Shown: piece after piece, positions 49,649 through 57,534 of the stretch
How the letters are laid out: every line of letters starts with the position of its first letter
How positions within the stretch are numbered: the first letter of the stretch is position 1
Source: Alphaproteobacteria bacterium
GTDB lineage: Bacteria; Pseudomonadota; Alphaproteobacteria; MPNO01
Assembly (NCBI GenBank): GCA_964291675.2
Contig: OZ219866.1
Span: 3,552,001 to 3,616,000 of the forward strand
DNA: 64,000 bases
Direction of reading: 5' to 3'
Notes under the pieces: generated by a model
The model's database searches: none
Seen by the model: the letters and a program-made list of their open reading frames with translations, nothing else
Told to the model about the DNA's origin: nothing
Position numbers and translations under genes: made by a program

Positions 49649-51370
49649 TCACCCCGCCCGGTCGGCGATCAGCGCATCGGCGATCTTCTCGGCGCACATG
49701 ATGGTGGGGATGTTGGTGTTGGCGCGCGGCACGCAGGGGAACAGCGAGGCGTCGCAAACGGTCAGCCCGTCGACGCCGTAGACCGCGCCCGACGGGTCGG
49801 TCACCGCCATCGGATCGTCGGCCGCGCCCATCCGGCAGGTGCCGGACGGGTGCCAGCAGCCGGTGACGTTCCCGCGCACGTAGTCCTCCATCCGCTTCTC
49901 GTCGCCGAGCAGGTCGGCGAGGGTATCGCCCATGGTGATCAGGTTGCGGATCGCCGAGCGCCGCACCGGGCCGGGCAGGTCGAGAATGGCGCCGAGGATG
50001 GTGGTGAGGATGTGGTTCCTGGTCGTCACCGCGCCGATCTTCTTGACCCGCTCCGAATAGGCGCTCGGGAACGGGTCGCGGGCGATGCGCCGGAGCGCCG
50101 GATGGTCGAAATACCCCGCGAGCCGCCTTATCCCCTGGGTCAGGCGGTCATAGTCCCGCCGGTCGGACAGCATGTTGAAATCGACGTCCGGCTCGGCCCC
50201 GGGCTCGGCGCTCGCCAGCTTCAGCCGGCCGCGCGAATAGGGCTTGTTGCACCACATCAGGAAGGAGCCGAGCCGCACCCCCACGGGATGCCAGCCCGAC
50301 TTAGCGGTCACCGAGACATACATGTCGCCCGGCCCGCATTCGGCCACCCCGGAAGAGTAGCGGAAGGCGATATGGGCGTGCCGCCGATCCGGCGCGTTCA
50401 GCCGCGCGCCGCTCGAAAGATAGGCGGAGACCGCGAGCGTCGGGTGCTCGTTCAGATTGGCGCCGACGCCCGGCCGGTCGGCGAGGACCTCGATGCCGAG
50501 CTCGCGCAGATCGCCCGCCGGGCCGACGCCCGAGCGCATCAGCAGCGGCGGCGTGTGCAGCGCGCCCGACGAGACGACGATGCGCTGGCCGCGGATCTCG
50601 TGGGCCGCGCCGCGATGCCGCACGCGCGCGCCGACCGCGCGCCTGCCCTCGAAGACCAGCCGCTCGACCGTGGTCTCCGGCACGATGTGGAGGTTGGGCC
50701 GATCGCGCGTCCCGGCGTCGAGGAACCCCATCGCCGCCGACGCGCGCTGCTCGTTCTTGTTGGAGATCGCGCAGGCGAACCAGCCGTCCTCGAAACGCCC
50801 GTTCTGGTCGGGCAGCGGCTTGAGGCCGTCATCGGTCAGGGCCCGCGAGACCGCGCGCGAGAAATCGGTCCATTGCGGCTCCGGCACCCGGCGGACCGGG
50901 ATCGGCCCGTCTTTGCCGTGGAATTCGTCGTCGATGTCCTGGTCGGTCTCGAGCTTCCTGAAATAGGGCAGCACGTCGTCCCAGCCCCAGCCCCGCGCGC
51001 CGAGCCGCTCCCACTCGTCGTAGTCGAGCGGCGAGCCGCGATTGGCCATCTGGGCGTTGATCGACGAGCCGCCGCCGACCACGCGAGCCTGCTCCATGAA
51101 GCGGGGGGTGCGCCGGTCCGGCCGGTTGCTCGGGCTGTGCGAGAGCCGCACCCGCAGATCGCTCCAGTGATAGGCCGGGTTGAAGGCCGCGCCCAGCGCG
51201 TAGGAGCTGCGGATGTCCGCGGGCTCGGTTCCCGGCGGGTGGTCCTTGCCCGCCTCGATCAGCGCGACCTCGCTCCCGCAGTCCGCCGACAGCCGGTTGG
51301 CCAGTGTGCAGCCGGCCGAGCCGCCGCCGAGGATCACGTAGTCGAAGCGTCTGGAAAAAATCTCGGACAC
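49649..51370 (-). CDS. GMC-family FAD oxidoreductase
   Basis: DYVILGGGSAG; GGGSSIN; GVGANLNEH; WHPSGTCRMG; ANTN. Confidence 0.92.
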   Translation of the reverse strand: MSEIFSRRFDYVILGGGSAGCTLANRLSADCGSEVALIEAGKDHPPGTEPADIRSSYALGAAFNPAYHWSDLRVRLSHSPSNRPDRRTPRFMEQARVVGGGSSINAQMANRGSPLDYDEWERLGARGWGWDDVLPYFRKLETDQDIDDEFHGKDGPIPVRRVPEPQWTDFSRAVSRALTDDGLKPLPDQNGRFEDGWFACAISNKNEQRASAAMGFLDAGTRDRPNLHIVPETTVERLVFEGRRAVGARVRHRGAAHEIRGQRIVVSSGALHTPPLLMRSGVGPAGDLRELGIEVLADRPGVGANLNEHPTLAVSAYLSSGARLNAPDRRHAHIAFRYSSGVAECGPGDMYVSVTAKSGWHPVGVRLGSFLMWCNKPYSRGRLKLASAEPGAEPDVDFNMLSDRRDYDRLTQGIRRLAGYFDHPALRRIARDPFPSAYSERVKKIGAVTTRNHILTTILGAILDLPGPVRRSAIRNLITMGDTLADLLGDEKRMEDYVRGNVTGCWHPSGTCRMGAADDPMAVTDPSGAVYGVDGLTVCDASLFPCVPRANTNIPTIMCAEKIADALIADRAG

Positions 51371-51389
51371 CGCCCGGGCTCCTTCCTGT

Positions 51390-52787
51390 TCAGTCGAGAA
51401 AATCGCGCGGATCGACCTCCGCCAGGTTGAGCGGCATCGCCGGCGCGAAACGGCCGCGCGCCGCCTCGTCCGCCGGCATGGTCGCGTCGATGACGGTCTT
51501 GGTGCCGATCCGGTACATCGGGCTCATCCCCGGCACGATGTCGGAGACGTTGTCGAGCGACCAGATGCGGGTGTTGGGGATGCGGATCACGTCGCGTTCG
51601 GCATGGACGCGCGTGGTCAGCGACCAGAACACCTGGCGCAGATCGCCCGCGTCGATGTCCTCGTCGACCGCGATCGCGAGCTTGGGGTGGAGATAGGGGC
51701 TCGACAGCGCCGCCATCAGCGCCGTCTTGGCCTGTCCCTCGACCCTGGGCCGGAGCTTGAGCACCACCGCCATCAGCCCCGAGATGCCGAGCAGCCGCAC
51801 GTCCTTGAGGTCGAGCCCGCCTTCGACCGAGCGCAGATGGTCGGTCACCACGGTCTCGATGCAGGTGCCGGTGATCGACTGGGTGTCGGTCATCGGGATG
51901 CCGCACTGCATCGAATAGAACATCGGCTCGCTGCGGTGGGTGACCGCCTTGACCCGAAAGATCTCGGTCGAGCCCTCCATGGCATAGGTGCCGGTGGCCT
52001 CGCCGAACGGGCCTTCCGGCGTCATGCCGGTCGGCGCGACCTCGCCTTCGAGGACGATCTCCGCCTCCGCCGGGACCTCCATGTCGATGGTCTCGCACTT
52101 GACCAGCCGCACCGGGTCGCCGAGCAGCGCGCCCGCGACGGTGAGCTCGTCGAGCCCGTAGGACGAGGTGAACCCGGCGGCGTAGTAGAGCGCGGGATGC
52201 GCGCCGATCACCATCGCCACCGGCATCGGCTCGCCCCGCGCCTGGTACATCTGGTAGATGCGCAGCGCGTGGCGCGGGCAGATCAGGAACCCGGTCGTGT
52301 CGGGACCGAGGATCTGCATCCGGTGGATCGACATGTTGCGGATCCCGGTCTCGGGGTCCTTGATGATCGCCATGCCGGACGCGATGTAGGGGCCGGGGTC
52401 GCGTTCCGAGTGCCAGACCGCCGGCAGCGCCGTCAGGTCGACCGCGCCGCCGCGCTTGACGACCTCCCTGACCGGCGCGCCCGCCGGGTCGATGACGACC
52501 GGCTCGACGGGTTCTCTTATCCGTTCGCCGAGGGTCGGGATCAGGGTGTCGGGCTCGACGCCGAGCGCGATCGCCCATTTGCGCCGGTCGGCGATCACCT
52601 GGGCGCAGATCCGCCAGCCCGGGAAGCCTTCGAGGTTGGAGAACAGCGCCGACTTGCCGAGCCGGTCGTAGGTCTTCCACGACAGCGCCGAGACGTTGCC
52701 GTGCGGATCGACCGGGCTGGTGAAATGGATCAGCTCGCCCTGCTGCTCGAGATTCCGGACATGCCCCCGTATCGACTGGTCGCGCAT
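51390..52787 (-). CDS. UbiD-family (de)carboxylase
   Basis: DPGPYI; NMSIHR; PAEAEIVLEG; EGPFGE; VDEDID. Confidence 0.92.
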   Translation of the reverse strand: MRDQSIRGHVRNLEQQGELIHFTSPVDPHGNVSALSWKTYDRLGKSALFSNLEGFPGWRICAQVIADRRKWAIALGVEPDTLIPTLGERIREPVEPVVIDPAGAPVREVVKRGGAVDLTALPAVWHSERDPGPYIASGMAIIKDPETGIRNMSIHRMQILGPDTTGFLICPRHALRIYQMYQARGEPMPVAMVIGAHPALYYAAGFTSSYGLDELTVAGALLGDPVRLVKCETIDMEVPAEAEIVLEGEVAPTGMTPEGPFGEATGTYAMEGSTEIFRVKAVTHRSEPMFYSMQCGIPMTDTQSITGTCIETVVTDHLRSVEGGLDLKDVRLLGISGLMAVVLKLRPRVEGQAKTALMAALSSPYLHPKLAIAVDEDIDAGDLRQVFWSLTTRVHAERDVIRIPNTRIWSLDNVSDIVPGMSPMYRIGTKTVIDATMPADEAARGRFAPAMPLNLAEVDPRDFLD

Positions 52788-52879
52788 CGCCCCTCCCGCC
52801 CGGCGGCCGATCCTAGAGCATTTGCGGATCGAGTCGAGGCGGGGCGGCGCGTCCCCTTTCGACGCCGTGGCACATCGCC

Positions 52880-53318
52880 CGTCATGCCCGGACTTGATCC
52901 GGGCACCCACTGGCGCCGCCGCCTCTCCCGACGGGGCGTTGTACCGGTGGCGCCAGTGGTTGCGCGGATCAAGTCCGCGCATGGGTGGCCGGATCAAGTC
53001 CGGCCATGACGGGGTGGTGGTGGCGGTGGAGGAGTACGGGAGCCGGGGGCGGACCGCCCCGCCCGTGGGTGCCCAGAACGAGGCCGGCGTGACAACGGAG
53101 GGGCAGGGACGGCGAGTGCGGGCGTGCGCCGATCCGTGTCCCGATCCGGCGGATGCGCCGATATCCCGCCCGGAACAAGGCTTTGCGCCCGGTCCAGCGC
53201 ATCTAAACGGACAGCAGTGGACTTGATCCGGGCATCCATGGGCGGTACAGGAAGAGCCGGGTGCGGCCCGCGTCGAGAATCCAAACCGGACAGCGGTGGA
53301 CCAAGCCCGGCCATGACG
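52880..53318. repeat. CGTC-REP cluster, complete at 52880-53011 and truncated at 53219-53318
   Basis: CGTCATGCCCGGACTTGATCCGGGC ... GGCCGGATCAAGTCCGGCCATGACG. Confidence 0.8.
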
Positions 53319-53372
53319 CGGTTGGGAAGGGTGCGAAGGCACGCGAACTTCGACGCCGGACAGGAGGCGGGC

Positions 53373-53684
53373 ATGGTTGCGGCTCAGGGCATTCGGATGA
53401 AGAACCCGGCGCATCCGGGCGGGTTCGTCAAGAGCGAGATCGTCGAGGCTCCCGGACTGTCGGTGACCGACGCTGCGCGGATGCTGGGAGTCACCCGGCC
53501 CGCGCTGTCGGCGCTGCTCAACGAGCGGGCGAGTCTTTCGCCCGAAATGGCGCTCAGGATCGAGAAGGTCTTCGGCGTATCCATGGATACGCTGCTGCGG
53601 ATGCAGACCAGTCACGACATCGCCCGAATTCGCCGGCGCGAGGGCGAAATCCAGCTTGCACCGTTCGCGGAGCGGACCGGCTGA
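53373..53684 (+). CDS. higA: HigA-family (Xre HTH) antitoxin, orphan
   Basis: PAHPG; LSVTDAARMLGVTRPALSALLNERASLSPEMALRIEK; LLRMQ; GGAGG RBS. Confidence 0.88.
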   Translation: MVAAQGIRMKNPAHPGGFVKSEIVEAPGLSVTDAARMLGVTRPALSALLNERASLSPEMALRIEKVFGVSMDTLLRMQTSHDIARIRRREGEIQLAPFAERTG

Positions 53685-53763
53685 GCACGAACCGGCGCGG
53701 GGCCGGAGCGAGGCTCGCGACTTCCCGTCTATTCGCTCGACAAGGTGCTTGAGAGGGCGTTGC

Positions 53764-54780
53764 CTAGCGGAAGGTGAGCGTCACCATCAGCGGCCGGTGG
53801 TCGGAGACGCCCCTGTCCGGAGTCGGGCCGGTGCTGGCGCGGATGCCGCCCCGCTTGGCCGCAGTGACGATCGACCGGGAGAGCAGGATGTGGTCCAGCT
53901 GTTCGCGAAGTCCCCGGAATTCCACCGTCCAGCGTTCGCCGTCGTCCCGGAAATATCGGTGGTGGCCGGTCTGCACCAGGTCGGGCCAGATGTCGTCGAG
54001 CCCGCGCACGCGGCGGATCGCCGGATCGCCCCTGCGGTCGTTGAGGTCGCCGGCGACGATGACGTGCTCGCCCGCGTTGATCGCCGCAAGCGTGAGGCGG
54101 CGCAGGATCGACGCCTGGGCGATGCGTTGCGCGTCCTGCCAGTGGCCGCCGCGCTCGCTCGCGAAGTGAACGGCATAGAGCCGGAACGCCCGCCCGGCCA
54201 CTTCCAGGCGCACGGCGAGACCCTTGGAAATCCCCGTCTCCGCCTCGGACTCCGGGTCGTCGAGCTCCTCGAAATAGCCCTCGCGGCCCGGCAGGCGGCG
54301 CATCGCATCGGTCAGCGGGAAGCGCGAGAAGACCGCGACATGCTGCGCCGTCCGCCGCGCCGTGCAGTCGCAGATCTCGACATGCGGGAAATCCGCCCCT
54401 TCGGCGGCCAGGCGGTCCCTGAGCTCCAGCACGTCGCGCCTGCCGCCCACCTCGGTCAGCGCCAGCACGTCGGCCGGGACGCGACGGGCGAGGTAGCGCG
54501 CGACCCGCGCCGTCGCCTCGGCGAATTTTCCGTCCCGGTAGCCGGGCGCGTCCCAAATCTCCCGGTCCCGCTTGCGCAGGTCGAAGGGGTAGCCGAACTT
54601 CAGGTGCACTTTCGGGCGGGTGAGGAACTCCGCGTTGAAGGTCGCCACGGTAAGGGTGCCCGCCCCGGCAGGCGCGGAGAGCAACAGCGCCGCGCTAGCG
54701 CCAACGATGCGCGCGCCCCGGGCGAACCCGCCCGGGGCGAGAAAGAAAGAATGCGCCCGGATGTCGGCAAACATCCTCAT
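53764..54780 (-). CDS. Endonuclease/exonuclease/phosphatase (EEP) family protein, probably exported
   Basis: ATFNAE; LTEV; AGDLND; LDHI; SDH; start uncertain. Confidence 0.85.
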   Translation of the reverse strand: MRMFADIRAHSFFLAPGGFARGARIVGASAALLLSAPAGAGTLTVATFNAEFLTRPKVHLKFGYPFDLRKRDREIWDAPGYRDGKFAEATARVARYLARRVPADVLALTEVGGRRDVLELRDRLAAEGADFPHVEICDCTARRTAQHVAVFSRFPLTDAMRRLPGREGYFEELDDPESEAETGISKGLAVRLEVAGRAFRLYAVHFASERGGHWQDAQRIAQASILRRLTLAAINAGEHVIVAGDLNDRRGDPAIRRVRGLDDIWPDLVQTGHHRYFRDDGERWTVEFRGLREQLDHILLSRSIVTAAKRGGIRASTGPTPDRGVSDHRPLMVTLTFR

Positions 54781-55193
54781 GTTCCCAAAATTGATCTGCG
54801 CCGATTGGAAATAGTATCGACAGTCCTTGCTATGGAATCCATGTTGGATATTGGAGAAAGGAATTCGAACATTAGCCTAATACTGTATCCCCCCTGCAAG
54901 TCGACGGGAGATCGCGGCCCGGCCATGACATCGCCCTGCGGATCGGGGCGTGCGCCCGGACCTGAATTGTACTCTATTTTGTAACAACCGATCAAAAGTG
55001 CAAGTACAAAAGAGGAACATTAATCAAACGGAGCAATTTCTGCGCGCCAAGGGGCACCATCCCGGTCGGTTTGCCGCGGTCGCGCGGTGAAGCTGCGGGG
55101 AGGTTGCACCGCCGTCTATCGTGGCCGCGCGGATATCTGGCCGTGCCGCGCGCGGGTGTCGTATAGTCGGCGAAAGCGGGGAGGGGAGGCGTC

Positions 55194-56231
55194 GTGGAGC
55201 CCAGGATTCTGCCGACCACCGTGGTCGGAAGTCACGTTCAGCCCGACTGGCTGGTCGACCGCGAGAATTTGAAGAGCCGGCTGCCGCCAAGGGTGCGGGC
55301 GCGCGAGATCTGGAAGGTGCCGGAAGACGCGCTGGAGGAGGCGCAGGACACCGCGACGCTCGCCGCGATCCACGACTTCGAGCATGCCGGCATCGACATC
55401 ATCACCGACGGCGAGATGCGCCGCGAGAGCTATTCCAACCGCGTCGCCACCGCGCTCGGCGGAGTCGACATCGACACGCCTGGCACCGCGATCGACCGCA
55501 CCGGCCACCCCAACCCGGTGCCCCGCATCGCGGGCCCGATCCACCGGGCGCGGCCCATCGAGGTGCGCGACGCCGAGTTCCTGGTCGCCAACACCGACCG
55601 GATGACCAAGATCACCGTGCCCGGGCCGTTCACCATGACCCAGCAGGCGCAGAACGACCATTACGACACCGACGAGGCGGCGGCGATGGATTATGCCGCC
55701 GCGATGAACGAGGAGATCAAGGCGCTGTTCGCCGCCGGGGTCGACGTGGTCCAGCTCGACGAGCCCTATATGCAGGCGAGGCCGGAGATCGCCAGGTCAT
55801 ACGCGGTCAAGGCGATCGACCGCGCGCTGGAGGGCGTCGAGGGGACGACGGCGGTGCATCTCTGCTTCGGCTACGCCCACATCGTGCACGAGAAGGGGAG
55901 CGCGTACTCGTTCCTGCCGGAGCTGGAGAACGCGGCGGTCGACCAGGTCTCGATCGAGGCCGCGCAGCCCGGGCTCGACCTCGGGATCCTGGAAAGACTT
56001 CCGTCGAAGACCGTGATCCTCGGCGTGCTGAATCTCGGCGACCCCGAAGTGGAGACGGCCGAGACGGTGGCCGCGCGCATCCGCCGGGCGCTCGAAGTCC
56101 TGCCGCCGGAGCGCATCGTGGTGGCGCCCGATTGCGGGATGAAGTATCTCGACCGCGACACCGCGCTCGGCAAGCTCAGGGCGATGGTCGCCGGCGCCGA
56201 CATCGTGCGCCGCGAGATCGGCGGCGAGTAA
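55194..56231 (+). CDS. Cobalamin-independent methionine synthase (MetE C-terminal-like) protein
   Basis: TTVVGS; DGEMRRES; PGPFT; QLDEP; Zn ligands HLC, SIE and PDCG. Confidence 0.88.
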   Translation: MEPRILPTTVVGSHVQPDWLVDRENLKSRLPPRVRAREIWKVPEDALEEAQDTATLAAIHDFEHAGIDIITDGEMRRESYSNRVATALGGVDIDTPGTAIDRTGHPNPVPRIAGPIHRARPIEVRDAEFLVANTDRMTKITVPGPFTMTQQAQNDHYDTDEAAAMDYAAAMNEEIKALFAAGVDVVQLDEPYMQARPEIARSYAVKAIDRALEGVEGTTAVHLCFGYAHIVHEKGSAYSFLPELENAAVDQVSIEAAQPGLDLGILERLPSKTVILGVLNLGDPEVETAETVAARIRRALEVLPPERIVVAPDCGMKYLDRDTALGKLRAMVAGADIVRREIGGE

Positions 56232-56242
56232 GGGGGAGGACG

Positions 56243-56548
56243 ATGCAGAGACAGCACGACATGGGGGGCATGCCGGCCGGCCCGGTCGACCCCGAGAGCC
56301 CGCCGACCAGGCCGTGGGCCAAGCTGCTCACCGCGACGGTGAACGCGCTCCGCGAGGAGAAGCTGATGACCGTCGACGAGATGCGCCGCGCGCTGGAGGA
56401 CCTGCCGGAGGAGCAGTACGACCTCTACTATTTCGAGCGCTGGGCCGAGGCGCTGAGCGATCTGCTGGAGGAGAAGGGGCTGGCGACCCACGCCGAGATC
56501 GAGTCCCGGATGGAAGCGATACGGCGCCGGCTGGAGGGCGGGACATGA
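56243..56548 (+). CDS. Nitrile hydratase beta N-terminal-like subunit (ScnB-like)
   Basis: HDMGG; DEMRRALEDL; YYFERW; LLEEKG. Confidence 0.85.
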   Translation: MQRQHDMGGMPAGPVDPESPPTRPWAKLLTATVNALREEKLMTVDEMRRALEDLPEEQYDLYYFERWAEALSDLLEEKGLATHAEIESRMEAIRRRLEGGT

Positions 56549-56847
56549 CCGGCCCAACCCCCGAGGAGCGCCGCTTCGAGGTCGGCGACACGGTCAGGAT
56601 CGCGCTCAGCCACCCGCCCGGCCATCGGCGGACGCCGTTCTATATCCGCGGCAAGACCGGGATCATCGAGCGCTATTGCGGCGCCTTCCCGAACCCCGAG
56701 GAGCTCGCCTACGGGTTCGACGGCGAGCCGAGGCGGCACCTCTACCGGGTGCGGTTCCGGCAGCACGACATCTGGGACCGCTATGACGGTCCGGAGCGGG
56801 ACACGCTCGATCTGGAAATCTTTCAGCACTGGCTGGAACGGGTCTAG
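56545..56847 (+). CDS. Nitrile hydratase beta C-terminal SH3-like subunit (ScnA-like)
   Basis: FEVGDTV; GHRRTPFYIRGKTG; LYRVRF; EIFQHWLE; ATGA overlap. Confidence 0.85.
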   Translation: MTGPTPEERRFEVGDTVRIALSHPPGHRRTPFYIRGKTGIIERYCGAFPNPEELAYGFDGEPRRHLYRVRFRQHDIWDRYDGPERDTLDLEIFQHWLERV

Positions 56848-56857
56848 GAGACAGGAG

Positions 56858-57508
56858 ATGGCGGAAGACGAAAGGGGCCACGCGGAGGTCCACCACCACG
56901 ACCACGAGGTCGCGCCGGAGAACCGCGATGTCGAGGAGACCGGCCATTACGAGCTGATGGCGACCGCGATCCGCGACCTGCTGGTCGAGAAGGGGGTGGT
57001 CACGCCCGAGCAGATCCGCACCCAGCTCGAATTCATGGACTCGCGGGGGCCCGCGGTCGGCGCACGGATCGTCGCCAAGGCCTGGACCGACCCGGCGTTC
57101 AGGGAGCGGCTGCTCGACGACGGCACCGCGGCGGTCGCCGAGCTCGGCATCCCGATGGCCGGGACCGAGCTGGTGGTGGTCGAGAACACGCCCGATGCGC
57201 ACAACATGATCGTGTGCACGCTGTGCTCGTGCTACCCGCGGACCATCCTCGGCCTGCCGCCCGACTGGTACAAGTCGAAGTCCTACCGCTCGCGCGCGGT
57301 CATCGAGCCGCGCGCGGTGCTGAAGGAGTTCGGCACCGAGATCCCCGACGGCGTCACCGTCCGGGTGCATGACAGCAACGCCGACATGCGCTACCTCGTC
57401 CTGCCGATGCGCCCCGGGGGAACGGAAGGCTGGGACGCCGAGCGCCTCGCCGGCATCGTCACCCGCGACTGCATGGTGGGAACCGCGCTTCCCGACGCGG
57501 CGGGCTGA
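56858..57508 (+). CDS. Co-type nitrile hydratase alpha / thiocyanate hydrolase gamma (ScnC-like) subunit
   Basis: VCTLCSCYP metal motif; PPDWYKS..YRSR; DSNADMRYLVLP; His-rich N-terminus. Confidence 0.92.
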   Translation: MAEDERGHAEVHHHDHEVAPENRDVEETGHYELMATAIRDLLVEKGVVTPEQIRTQLEFMDSRGPAVGARIVAKAWTDPAFRERLLDDGTAAVAELGIPMAGTELVVVENTPDAHNMIVCTLCSCYPRTILGLPPDWYKSKSYRSRAVIEPRAVLKEFGTEIPDGVTVRVHDSNADMRYLVLPMRPGGTEGWDAERLAGIVTRDCMVGTALPDAAG

Positions 57509-57534
57509 TCGGCGGCGCGGCGGCGGCGTGACGG

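Noticed and set aside
54781-55040. AT-rich intergenic stretch as an ncRNA or replication origin
   Set aside because: No DnaA-box cluster or recognisable RNA structure. It is most simply a divergent promoter region or an insertion remnant.
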